Source: an uncultured delta proteobacterium (GTDB taxonomy: Bacteria; Desulfobacterota; Desulfobacteria; Desulfobacterales; JAFDCJ01). From it: a stretch of DNA of 64,000 nucleotides. Shown here piece after piece: positions 32,718 to 44,320 of this stretch (position 1 is the stretch's first letter; each line of letters starts with the position of its first letter). The notes below the pieces were generated by a model that saw nothing but the letters and a program-made list of their open reading frames with translations, was not told the origin of the DNA and did not search any database. The stretch lies in the NCBI GenBank assembly GCA_963769935.1, contig CAVYNY010000003.1:1-64000 (forward strand), given 5' to 3'. Made by a program: the position numbers and the translations under genes.

Positions 32718-32873
32718 TCATCTCCTTTTCTTATTTTCGAATTTCTTAATGAGGTCATCGATGGCCTCTTCCAGCAGCGTTCCGATAGATTTATCCTCAT
32801 CAACGGCGAGATGCTTTAAGGCCTTCAAGCGATCGGCATCGATTCTGGTAGAAAAGGTTTTTTTTGTGCTCAT
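32718..32873 (-). CDS. Ribbon-helix-helix (CopG-like) DNA-binding protein
   Basis: KKTFSTRID beta-ribbon followed by two helices (LKALKHLAVD, IGTLLEEAIDDL). Confidence 0.8.
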   Translation of the reverse strand: MSTKKTFSTRIDADRLKALKHLAVDEDKSIGTLLEEAIDDLIKKFENKKRR

Positions 32874-33361
32874 GAAATTATTCTTAATATAAATATTTAT
32901 TTCTTGCAAGTATTTTTTTAAAGAATTAATAAATAAATTTTTAATTGTTTAAAAGGCTATTGCTAGAAAAAAATAATTCATAAATGTACCAAATAAAGAA
33001 CCCTGGCCCAGAGGGCCAGGCATCGACGTCACGCCGGAGGGGGGGATGTTGGCCGTCGGAGAACCCATGAAATAATGGAATACTGGAAAAATGGGAAATA
33101 CCGGATCGAAAAGAACCGGCCGGTCGGCCCGCGTGAAAAGCTTTCTTTCCCAATTCCAGTCGTTCGGACGCTGGCAGATCATCAAGCAGTGCTTTTACCA
33201 GCCGCAGGGCATCGATCTGCTCTCTCAAGTCCTTATTTCTTGACATCGAAACCCAACAGTTGATAGGCTAAATGACGTTTAACAATAACTCGCCATTGGC
33301 AGCTCACCGATATTAGATCTCAGGCATTTTGCCGCAAAATGCGTCTTATAATATCAGCGCA

Positions 33362-34537
33362 ATGAATTCAGTGACTAAGAAAAAAAATAGTTTCGATATC
33401 ATTATTATCGGAGCGGGACCCGCAGGATCCACCGCGGCTTATATATTGGCTTCCAATGGATTCCATGTTCTCATTGTGGATAAAAGTGCTTTTCCGAGGG
33501 ATAAGCTTTGCGGTGGTCTCTTAACCTTGAAAACAGTCAAATTGCTGGAAAGCATTTTTGAGTTATCCGTCGATTTCATGAAAAATCATCGTATCGTCAC
33601 CTACCAAAGTTTTAACTACAAGGTCGCCAGCAGCAGCGGGGATTTCATTAAAGGTCGCCTGAATCACCCTTTTTACTTTACACAGCGCGGCGTCTATGAT
33701 GCATTTTGGCTGGAAAAGGCGCAAAAAGCGGGGGCTGAGTTCAGAGCAGGCGAAAAAGTCGTCGCCCTGGATATCTCCAATAAAAAATTGACAACCAGCA
33801 GGGGGCATGAGTATTTCGGAAATTATATCCTGGGCGCCGATGGCGCCCTCAGTAGAACCAGACGATTGTTGTCGGCGGCAGGGTACATTAAACGGGATTG
33901 GCACTCGGATATGGCTACGACTCTAGAAGTCTTTATAGCAAATCGGCACATACCCGAGCTGCTGCAATATCCGGTAATTTATTTCGGTCACATTCCCTGG
34001 GGATATACCTGGAGTTTTCCAGGAGAGCACTTTCGAGTTCTCGGTATTGCCGGATTGAACGTTGGAAGGGGCAAATCTCTAAGAGTGGGTTTTCATAATT
34101 TTTTGGCGTCATTGAATATTTCAGTGAAGAAAATTCCCCGTTTTAAAAGCCACGCCCTGCCCTACGGAAATTATCTTACCCTTCCCGGCTACGGCAATGT
34201 ATTATTGCTGGGCGATGCCTGCGGACTGACAGATCCTCTGCTCGGTGAAGGTATTTATTATGCCCACAAAAGCGCCCGGCTGGCAGCTATGGCTATCCTG
34301 AATTCTTATGACAATGCCCAAGCGGTTTTTAAGAGCTACACGCGGGATTTAGGGCAGGATATTATCACGGAACTTAAGCTGGTTCGAATGCTGCGGAAGA
34401 TTATCTTTTCTTTGCCGGGGAGATGGCCCTACAAAATTTTATCCTTTATGCTCAAAACAATTCCCAGACAATGTGAAGAGGTCTTGCATGGACAACGCTC
34501 AATAAAATGGTTGCGTCGGCGTTCCTTTGATACCTAA
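33362..34537 (+). CDS. Geranylgeranyl reductase family FAD-dependent oxidoreductase
   Basis: Motifs IIGAGPAG, FPRDKLCGG, GADG, GYTWSFP and LLGDACGLTDPLLGEGIYYA. Confidence 0.88.
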   Translation: MNSVTKKKNSFDIIIIGAGPAGSTAAYILASNGFHVLIVDKSAFPRDKLCGGLLTLKTVKLLESIFELSVDFMKNHRIVTYQSFNYKVASSSGDFIKGRLNHPFYFTQRGVYDAFWLEKAQKAGAEFRAGEKVVALDISNKKLTTSRGHEYFGNYILGADGALSRTRRLLSAAGYIKRDWHSDMATTLEVFIANRHIPELLQYPVIYFGHIPWGYTWSFPGEHFRVLGIAGLNVGRGKSLRVGFHNFLASLNISVKKIPRFKSHALPYGNYLTLPGYGNVLLLGDACGLTDPLLGEGIYYAHKSARLAAMAILNSYDNAQAVFKSYTRDLGQDIITELKLVRMLRKIIFSLPGRWPYKILSFMLKTIPRQCEEVLHGQRSIKWLRRRSFDT

Positions 34538-34662
34538 CGAAGTCAATCGCCGTTCGGATTATTTGACGCTGAACCGTGAATAAAAAATCAACCATCAAAA
34601 GCCGAATGCCGAATTAATTATGATGCTGTGTTTAGACAATCAATCGGCAAAAATATCTTGCA

Positions 34663-34706
34663 AGAAAAGCGGAATGACGCTGTCAACGAACCACTCCGCT
34701 TTTTCT
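34663..34706. terminator. Hairpin terminator between convergent genes
   Basis: GAAAAGCGGAATG...CACTCCGCTTTTTC imperfect inverted repeat. Confidence 0.55.
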
Positions 34707-34785
34707 CACTGCCTTATTAATGTCTACCAGCAGTAAATCAACACCTTTTGAGCTCAGGCTTCAGACGGTGGGCTTCGTCAAAGCG

Positions 34786-35232
34786 TCAGGATCCGACATA
34801 GACACCTCGGCCGGATTTCTTGATGCGGCCCTCTTTGGCTGCCCTAAAAACGATGTTGCGCACTTTTTTATCATCAAAACCAGTCTTTTTCTTCAGGGTA
34901 GGCACATCAACACCTTTTTTCGCGCGCTTGATGATTTTTAAAATCTCATCGGTCGCTGTTGCCGGCTCGGTCTTTTTCCCGGCAACTGCTTTTTGGGCAG
35001 ATGTTTTTGCTACCGCGGTCTTTTTGGCAGCAGTCTTTTTAGCAGCGGCCTTTTTGGCAGCAGTCTTTTTAGCAGGTGCTTTTGGGGCGGGTTTGGCTTT
35101 AACCGCCTTTGCTTTTGGAGCTTTTTTAGCCTGTCCCGCCGATCCGGCAGCCTTTAATAATTTCTCCATTTTTTTCTCAAGAGTTTTAAATTCCTTTTTT
35201 AATGCCGTCAGTTCTTTCATGGTGATAGCCAT
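34786..35232 (-). CDS. Histone H1-like basic protein (coiled coil, AKK repeats, C-terminal winged helix)
   Basis: PAKKTAAKKAAAKKTAAKK repeats and C-terminal EGRIKKSGRGVY; GAGGAGG RBS. Confidence 0.8.
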   Translation of the reverse strand: MAITMKELTALKKEFKTLEKKMEKLLKAAGSAGQAKKAPKAKAVKAKPAPKAPAKKTAAKKAAAKKTAAKKTAVAKTSAQKAVAGKKTEPATATDEILKIIKRAKKGVDVPTLKKKTGFDDKKVRNIVFRAAKEGRIKKSGRGVYVGS

Positions 35233-35838
35233 TCTTATAATCCTCCTCAACTCAAATAAGTTTAGTAAAATTACTCTCGGATATTACGCTTTCACTCAGA
35301 ACAAATTTGATCGTCCCTCTAAAGAGTTATATTTAAGCTAAGTTAAATAAACTACTATATAGATAAATTACTTTATAGCAGTAAATTTGTCAAGCAATAA
35401 GCCGAAAATAATAAAAGAATCTAATTGATTAGACTGACAACCGCTTTATTGGCAAAGTCTCTTTCAGTAATAATCAATACCGTTGGAAGCAGAAATGGTC
35501 TGACAAAAAATAACTAAGGTTGAACCTGATTTCTAATCTGGATTTTTTTTTACTGTAGATAGATGACTATTTAAAGATTATGATTTTATATGGACACGGC
35601 TCCCTAATCCGGACATTTAAAAGCGTCATGACTTGTCAGGTTAGATGCAAATCTCCCGCCGGGCGCCATCTTGTTGAAAGCGGTTCTAGTGTAAATTTTT
35701 TGTTTGCCGGTTGCCTTACAACGCCTGATAAGGTATATATATGGACTGCATTCATGGCTGATAAAATTCCGGCAATTTATCAGGCGTGAACTGTTTTTAG
35801 AATAATCGAATAAATATCATTAAAGTCATCTGATAAAT

Positions 35839-38800
35839 ATGAACCCCCAAAAGCCGATAGCTGTGGTCGGAATGGCCGGCCTCTTTCCCGGAGCCGTGAA
35901 CCTCGATCTCTTCTGGCAAAACATCATCAACAAAATCGATGCCGTCTGCGAAGCGGACGTGGATCGTTGGCAGGTTGATCCGGATTCGATGGTTTCGCAG
36001 GGATTACAGATCGACAGGGCTTATTCCAAACATTGCTGCCTGATACCGGATTTTAAATTTGATCCTGCGGGCTTGGCCCTTGATAAGGATTTGGCAGCCG
36101 CCCTAGATCCGCTTCATCACATCGTGCTGCATGTCGGCCGGGAGGCTATCGCCGGAATCCGGCAACCAACCTTAAATCGTCAACGCACCGGTGTGATTCT
36201 GGCAGCCATTGCCTTGCCGACGGATGCAACCTCCGCAATTACCAGAAAGTTGCTGGGGGCAGCTTTGGAGGAAAAGCTGTTTGCCGGTGTTGCCGATTAT
36301 AGCAGAATCCCCGATACTGAATCTTTTTCCCGCAACCGCTATCTGGCCGGTCGCGTAACCAGCCTGCCGGCTGCTGTTCTGGCAAAAGCGCTTAGGTCTG
36401 GGCGGCGGCACCTACACCCTCGACGCTGCCTGTGCATCGTCCCTATATGCCGTCAAGCTGGCCTGCGATGAACTGCATGCCCAGCGTGCCGACGCCATGC
36501 TGGCCGGAGGTGTTTCAAGACCTGATTGTCTATTTACCCAGGTCGGATTCAGTCAGTTAAGAGCGTTGTCTCCCTCCGGCCGCTGTGCGCCTTTTGATGA
36601 AAGTGCCGATGGTCTAGTCGTCGGAGAAGGTGCGGGCATAGTGGTGCTGAAACGTCTGGCTGATGCCGTACGGGATCAGAATCCAATCTACGGGTTGATT
36701 CATGGCGTCGGTCTTTCCAATGACATGCGGGGCAACCTGCTTGCCCCGGACAGCGAAGGCCAGCTGCGCGCCATGCGCAAAGTTTATGACTCGTGCGGCT
36801 GGACCCCATATGACATTGATCTGATCGAATGTCATGGTGCCGGAACGCCACTGGGAGACCTGACCGAGTTAAACAGCCTGAGAACATTGTGGCAGGATTC
36901 CGGATGGAAGAAAAATCAGTGTGCGATCGGTTCGATCAAATCCATGATCGGCCATTTATTGACCGCTGCCGGTGCCGCCGGCATGATTAAAACCCTCCTG
37001 GCGCTGCAAAACAAAACTCTGCCTCCATCGCTGAATTTCAACCAAGCGTCTCAGAACAGCCCGCTGTCCAATGGTCCTTTCCGTGTGCAAACTGAACCTG
37101 CACCCTGGCATCGAAAAGAGGATCACAAGCCGCGGCGGGCTGCCGTAAGTGCCTTTGGATTCGGCGGCATTAATGCTCACATGCTCTTGGAAGAGTACGA
37201 TGAAGCGGCTCAGGGCGATCGACCCAAGGCGCACGGTATAAAATTAAAAATCGATTCAGAAGGCCCTGTTACTCATGCTTCCGATCTGGTTGGCGAGCAT
37301 GGCGAGCTTATCCAGGAAACAACCGGGACAATTCCGCAATCCGCAATCCGCAATCCGCATTCCGACATTGCCATCATTGGCATGGAGGCGGTTTTCGGAT
37401 CGACCGGTTCCCTGAGAGATTTTCAGGAACTTATCTTCAATGGCAAAACCAATTTCCAAGACCGGCCGCGACTGCGCTGGAAAGGCTGCGACCTCGCGGC
37501 CAATGCGTATCTGCCCAATCGATTTTTAAGCGGCGGCTTCTGTGAAGAAATTGCGATAGCTGCCGGCCAATTCCATATCCCACCGAAGGAAATTCCGGAT
37601 ATTCTTCCCCAGCAAATACTAATGCTGAAAGTTGCTGCCGGAGCCATGCGGGATGCCGGCTTGCCTTTAAGAGAAGAGCGCCCCGGCATGGGAGCGGTTA
37701 TCGGTATTGATTTTGATTTTGAGGCTACTAATTTTCATTTGCGCTGGCACCTGAACCATATGTTTTCCGAGTGGATGGAAAAACTCGGCCGGGCTCCGCA
37801 TGAAGAAGAAGAAAACGCCTGGCTGGAAACATTGAAAGACACCTGCAGCCCGCCGTTGACTGCCACGCGCACATTAGGCGCTTTAGGCGGAATCGTTGCC
37901 AGCCGAATTGCCCGGGAGTTTCGCTTGGGCGGACCGAGTTTCGTGGTTTCATGTGAGGATGCCGGCGGCTTAAAAGCATTGGAAATCGGCGTGAGGGCTT
38001 TGCAGCAAAATGAGGCCGAGGCCTTTTTGATAGGCGCGGTGGATTTAAGCGGGGATGTCCGCAACATCATCCTGGCAGCTCAAGTGAGATCCTATTCTCC
38101 GAAAGGACAAATCCGGCCATTTGATCGGGACGCCGACGGCATGCTGCCCGGTGAAGGGGCCGCGGCATTGGTCATCAAGCGCCTTGACCGGGCAATTGCC
38201 GATGGAAACAGAATATATGCCGTCATCAAAGGTATCGGCGGCGCCAGCGGCGGCGGCATTGATCCGAGCATCCCAACCGGTGAGGCATATCTCCGTTCCC
38301 TTCGAAATTGCTGCCGGGATGCTGCTGTTTCGCCTGCGGCCATCAGCTTTGTGGAAGCCCACGGCAGCGGTAATCCTGCCGAAGACGATCTGGAATCCAC
38401 TGCCCTGCATGAATTTTTCGGCAGCCGCCAGGATCCCTGTGCCATCGGATCAGTAAAGGCCAACATCGGCCACACCGGCGCGGCATCGGCTTTGGCTGCG
38501 CTGGTCAAAACCAGCTTGGGCCTCTATCACGAAATCCTGCCGCCCCTGGTTAATTTCACCACTCCCGGGAACCCGCAGTGGCTCAAGGAAGATTTTCATT
38601 TTCCGGGCTATCCTCAATACTGGTTCAGAGATCGCAGCGACGGTGCGCGCAAAGCTCTGGTCGCGTCCATGACGCCCGACGGCAACTGCATGCACGTCAT
38701 GCTTGAAGGCTGCGAATATGAGGCCGCCGGCGAAATTGAGCAGCCGATGCTGCCTCAGGTTGTCCTTGAGAGAAAAAGACCGCTGGGATTACAACCCTTT

Positions 38801-41800
38801 GGGCTTTTCAGCGTTGAAGGGCACAACAAGCAGACCTTGCTCAAAGGTCTGGATAACCTCAATCAGCATATTGAAAATTATATAATACCATCCGGCGGTG
38901 TAAAGGACTCCCCAAAACCGGCCGCCATGGAGGAGGCCGCTCGAACCTGGTACATGGCAAACCGTCTCAACCCCGGCCTCAAGTATGCCGTGTCGATTAC
39001 CGCCGCTGACTTTTCAAATTTGAAAAATTGGATTGCCGTCGCCAGAGAAGCGGTTTTGTCGCGATACTACCTTAAAAATGGGCAGTGCCGGCGGAATCCG
39101 GTATTCAGCGCATCCGCTGGGCCACCGGGGGAAACTGGCGTTTGTATTTCCGGGATCGGGCAGCCACTATCTGGGTATGGGCCGGGATATCGGGGTGCAT
39201 TGGCCGTCAATTATAAACGAAATGGACGTTGAAACATCGCGCTTAAAGACCCAGGTGCTGCCGGATTGTTATATCCCCTGGCGGGTTTCATGGGCGCCGG
39301 GCTGGCAGCAGGAGGCGTATCAGAAGATCATCGCCGATCCATTGCACATGATTTTCGGTCAGGTGGTGCACGGTTGTATGATGGCCAACCTGATAAAGCA
39401 TTTTGAAATTAGACCGTCAGCGGTTATCGGTTACAGCTTGGGCGAATCAGCAGGCTATTTTGCCATGAATGTCTGGCCGGAACGCGGTGAAATGCTGAAA
39501 CGAATGCAGACCACCAACTTATTCACAACTGAGTTGGCCGGACCATGCAACGCCGCCCGCCGGGTATGGAACATTGCATCCACCGAAGACGTCAACTGGC
39601 GGGTGGCGGTCGTCAACCGCTCGGCCGCTGCGCTGGACCGCATCCGCGATCGCTATCCAACCATCCGCCTGCTGATTATCAATACACCCGAGGAATGCGT
39701 CATCGGCGGCCGCCTGCCGGACGTCAAGGCTGCCATTCAGGATTTAAATTGCGAAGCCATTTTCCTGGATGGTGTCGTAACCGTGCATTGCGACGCGTTG
39801 AAGCCGGTTGCCGATGCGTACCGCGATTTGCATGTATTTCCCACGCAAGCGCCGGAAGGCATTCGCTTTTACAGCTGTGCCCTTGGACGTACCTATGAAC
39901 TAACCGGCGATAAAGCGGCAAATTCCATTCTCAACCAGGCGCTGCATGGGTTTGACTTTACGGCCACCGTAAACCAGGCCTACCAGGATGGTGTCCGCAT
40001 ATTTCTGGAGCTGGGCCCCCATTCGTCGTGTACCCGCATGATCAACCGCATGCTGCAGGATAAGCCCCATCTGGCTCTTTCGGCCTGTGTCCAGGCCGAA
40101 CAGGACTACATCACAATCGTCAAGGTGCTGGGAGCTTTGATTGCCGAACGCGTGCCGGTGAATCTGGAAAAACTTTACGGTCGTGATGCCTACCCACCGG
40201 CGATGATTGAGCCGGTCGGCCGAACTCCCCCAAGAACAGATCAGCGTAGTCATCGGCGGCAAGCGCCCTCGCCTTCCCTGCCGGATTTTAAGTCAATAAC
40301 GGACAGAGGCCGAAGACAGCCGGTGGCGGACCAGGACCGAATACGACGCCGACAAAGGATCAGAAGATAGCGAGCAGAAAACCGCAACCGATCGAAGGCG
40401 GTCATGAACACGCGAATCCTTCGGCAATTTCGGAATTGATTGAAACCGCCGACCGCATTGCGGCAAGCACCGCCGATGCCCATCAGAAATTTCTAGAGCT
40501 TTCCGGGGAAATCACCCGGTCCTTTGCTGAGACATTTAACCTCCAAACCAGGCTCCTGGAACGGGCTCTGGAGACTGACGAGAATGTTATTTCAGGTCCC
40601 GAAATAGAAAGTACTTTTTCTTATCAGGGATAATTCCGATCTCTCAACCAACCAATTGCAACTTTCGGATTCTGATATTCCGCCTTCCGTTCCCGTCTTC
40701 GATCGCACCGCGTGCCTTGAATTTGCGATTGGATCTGTCGCCAAGGTCCTGGGAACCGAGTTTGCCGTCGTGGACACCTATGCCGCCAGGGTGCGACTGC
40801 CGGATGATCCCCTGATGCTGGTGGATCGGATTCTTTCCGTCGAGGGAGAAAAAGGATCACTGGGCTCCGGCCGCATCGTCACCGAACACGATGTGCTGGC
40901 GGGCGCATGGTACCTGGACGGCGGCCACGCTCCGGTCTGTATCTCGGTTGAGGCCGGTCAGGCGGATCTTTTTTTAAGTGCCTATCTGGGGATCGATCTC
41001 AAGGTGCAGGGCCGGCGGACCTACCGGCTGCTGGATGCAACCGTTAATTTTCACCGGGAATTGCCGCTCCCGGGAGAAACCATCCGCTATGAAATCGAAA
41101 TTGAAAAGTTCCTCCGTCAGGGAGAGACCTATCTCTTCTTATTTCATTTCAAAGGATTTATCGGCAAACGCCCCTGATTACCATGACCAACGGGTCCGCC
41201 GGCTTTTTCACCGAGCAGGAAGTCAAAAATTCAGGCGGCATTATCTTAAGCGGGGAAGACCGCCAGGCGGTTGCTGGAAAAAAACCTGCCAGCTGGCCAG
41301 AATTGGTCCCCCTGCGTCCGAGAAGGCTATGATGACACGTCGCTTCAGGCCCTGCGATCCGGCAACCTGCGAGAATGTTTCGGCGAGGCATTCAAGGGTA
41401 TTACCCTGCCCAATGAATTAGGCTGCCCGGCGGCCGGATGAAGTTGATCGACCGGGTCGTCAACCTGGACCCTTCCGGCGGGCGGTTCGGTATTGGGAAT
41501 GATTCAGTGCTGAAGCTGATATTCACCCGGACGACTGGTTTTTAACCTGTCATTTCGTCGATGACATGGTGATGCCGGGCACTTTGATGTATGAATGCTG
41601 CGCGCACACCCTGCGCGTATTTCTGCAGCGTATTGGGTGGGTGACCGAAAAATCGGGCGTGTTTTATGAACCGGTCAGGGGAATCGCAGCCACGCTAAAA
41701 TGCCGGGGTCCGGTAACACCGGAAACCGGAAAGGTTACCTATGAAGTTGAAATCAAAGAAATCGGTTATCGGCCCGAACCTTATGTGATTGCTGATGCGT

Positions 41801-43079
41801 ACATGTATGCCGACGGACACCGCATCGTGTATTTTCGGGACATGTCGCATGCAGATGAGCAACATCACCCGCGATGAAATCGAATCGGCGTGGCAGCTCC
41901 GGCGTGCCCGGCCGACGGGGGCCTCAACCCGCCCCCCGAAACCGGTGGTGTTCGATCGCAGCCGGATGCTTGAATTCGCCGCCGGACTGCCGTCGAAAGC
42001 CTTCGGCACGCCATACGAATCATTTGACCGCCGGCGGTTTATTGCACGGCTGCCGCAACCGCCCTATCTGCTCATCGACCGGGTCGTCAAAGCCGAACCC
42101 GAAGCCTGGGTGCTGAAACCGGACGGTTGGATTGAAGCCGAAGCCGATGTTGTTCCGGATGCCTGGTATTTTAGAGCCGAAAGGACGCCGGCTGCGCCCA
42201 TCAGCATCCTGCTTGAAATGGCACTGCAGCCCTGTGGCTGGCTGGCTGCCTACATGGGATCGGCCTTGCGAAGTCAAAAGGATCTCAGATTTCGCAATCT
42301 GGGCGGCAGCGCCGTCCTGCACGACGAAGTGCGGCCGGATGCAGGAACCCTGACCATTAGGGCCCGTCTGACCAAGGCATCGGAAGCAGCCGATATGATC
42401 ATCGAGCACTTCGATTTCGAAGTTCAGCGGCAGGGTCAAAAAATATATACCGGCAATACCTACTTCGGATTTTTTACCCGGGAAGCCCTGGCACAACAGG
42501 AAGGCATCCGCAACGCTGCCGGGCAGGCCTACATGGCGGAATCTGATGACACCCGCAGCAGTGACAGGCAGGCTTTCATCGATTACGCCCCCCTTCTGCC
42601 GCAGGATCAGGCATCGGATGCCGCACCCGCGCTGGCAATGCCGGCCAAAGCCATTACGGATGATTGACTGCATTGAGACATACCTGCCGGCCGGCGGACC
42701 CAAGGGACTGGGTCTAATCCGCGGGACCAAGGCGGTCGATCCACAGGAATGGTTTTTTAAGGCTCACTTTTATCAGGATCCGGTATGTCCCGGCTCGCTG
42801 GGCATCGAGTCTTTCATTCAGCTGCTGAAGTTCATCGCCCGCGAGCGCTGGCCGCAATTAATAGATACTCACCGTTTTGGACTGGTTGCAGGTGTCGAGC
42901 ATTCCTGGATATACCGCGGTCAGATTTTGCCGGCCAATCGGCTGATAACCGTCGAAGCCGAAATTACGCATATCCTGGATCCCCCTCATCCGTGCATGTT
43001 GGCGGACGGCTTCCTGAAGGTTGACGAATTGTATATCTATCAGATGAAAAATTTTGGTATTAAACTGCTTGAGATTTGA
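35839..43079 (+). CDS. PUFA synthase PfaB/C fusion (KS-CLF-AT-FabA-type DH domains), split by at least 10 apparent frameshifts
   Basis: KS (TLDAACASS in the shifted frame near 36420), CLF, AT GYSLGE, and DH motifs EAGQADL, WFLTCHFVDDMVMPG, EMALQPCG and WFFKAHFYQDPVCPG, all in co-linear order across consecutive ORFs. Confidence 0.85.
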
Positions 43080-43144
43080 GATTTTATAGCTAACTTGAAC
43101 CTTCTGATGCAATTATCAAGCAACTAAAAGAGAACTAATAAATA

Positions 43145-44185
43145 ATGATATATTCAAAAGTCTACCTCGATACCTTCGGATATGAGCTTCCGCCCCATGT
43201 GGTAACATCAGACGACCTGGAATTGCGTCTGCAGGCACTCTATGAGGCGCTCCACTTCCAGCGGGGCCAATTGGAGGCGATTACCGGCATTCGGGAACGC
43301 CGGTTCTGGGACCCGGATTACAAGATGCATGTCGGGGCGATCAAAGCCGGCCAAAAAGCCCTGGATGCATCCGGCATCACCACGGCGGATATCGGGATGC
43401 TGATTTATGGTGGCGTTTGCCGGGACAATCTGGAACCGGCCACGGCATGCGCAGTGGCCAACGGGTTGGGATTGGGAGCCGATGTCCAGATTTATGATGT
43501 CTCCAATGCCTGTCTGGGCGTCTTAAATGGAATGGTTCAGGTGGCCAATGCCATAGAATTGGGCCAGGTGCGGGCCGGCATGATCGTTTCATGTGAGTCG
43601 GCTCGCCAAATCATAGATATCACCATTGACCGGCTGACCGAAACCAAGGATATGGAAGTTTTCAAAAAAACCGTTGCGACATTGACCGGCGGTTCCGGTG
43701 CCGTGGCCGTAATTTTAACGAACCAATCACTGTCGGATTCCGGTCATCGCCTTCTGGGGGGCACTGCCAGGAGTGCAGCCGAACACCATCAACTCTGTGT
43801 ATGGGGGCCGGATACCGGTATTCCGGCCAGCGGTTTACACAAAATGGAAACCGACTCCGTCCGGGTTCTCCAAAATGGCGTGGTTCTGGGCATTGATACC
43901 TTCAAAGCCCTGCGCCGGGAACTCTCCTGGTCCAATGACAAACCGGATAAAATTATCTGTCATCAGGTGGGCGCCACCCACCAGCGCAACATTTTGGATG
44001 CAATCGGCATTAATCAATCCCAAGACTTCACTACCTTTAAGTTCCTGGGCAATATCGGCACGGTTTCGCTGCCGCTCACAGCCGCCATAGCCTCGGAGAG
44101 AGAATTTCTACGACCGGGAGATCTCGTCGGCTTTCTGGGGATCGGAAGTGGATTGAATTGCCTGATGATAGGTCTGGAGTGGTAA
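43145..44185 (+). CDS. oleA: OleA thiolase-fold condensing enzyme
   Basis: Motifs LEPATA, NACLG, CHQVG, GNIGTVSLP and GIGSGLNC. Confidence 0.9.
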   Translation: MIYSKVYLDTFGYELPPHVVTSDDLELRLQALYEALHFQRGQLEAITGIRERRFWDPDYKMHVGAIKAGQKALDASGITTADIGMLIYGGVCRDNLEPATACAVANGLGLGADVQIYDVSNACLGVLNGMVQVANAIELGQVRAGMIVSCESARQIIDITIDRLTETKDMEVFKKTVATLTGGSGAVAVILTNQSLSDSGHRLLGGTARSAAEHHQLCVWGPDTGIPASGLHKMETDSVRVLQNGVVLGIDTFKALRRELSWSNDKPDKIICHQVGATHQRNILDAIGINQSQDFTTFKFLGNIGTVSLPLTAAIASEREFLRPGDLVGFLGIGSGLNCLMIGLEW

Positions 44186-44320
44186 GGGATGACAGATGAC
44201 AGAGAGCAGAAGGCGAAGTGACAAAAGGAAATCTCGATTACAAATAACTGGACACATCAGCAGGCAGCTACACCCGAAACCTGAAACCTTTTAAACGAAC
44301 TTAACGATTCAAACGAAGAA

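Noticed and set aside
32941..33263. Intact 101-aa gene
   Set aside because: Only the first ~35 codons look protein-like; the rest runs through TTCCAGTA-type repeat and hairpin sequence, so it is probably a remnant.
35340..35830. Riboswitch/ncRNA upstream of pfaB/C
   Set aside because: I could not match any family consensus by eye; an Rfam cmscan would be needed.
41170..41180. Selenocysteine read-through of TGA in pfaB/C (also the TGA at 31703 in pfaA)
   Set aside because: Homology continues in a different frame, so these are frameshifts rather than in-frame UGA codons.
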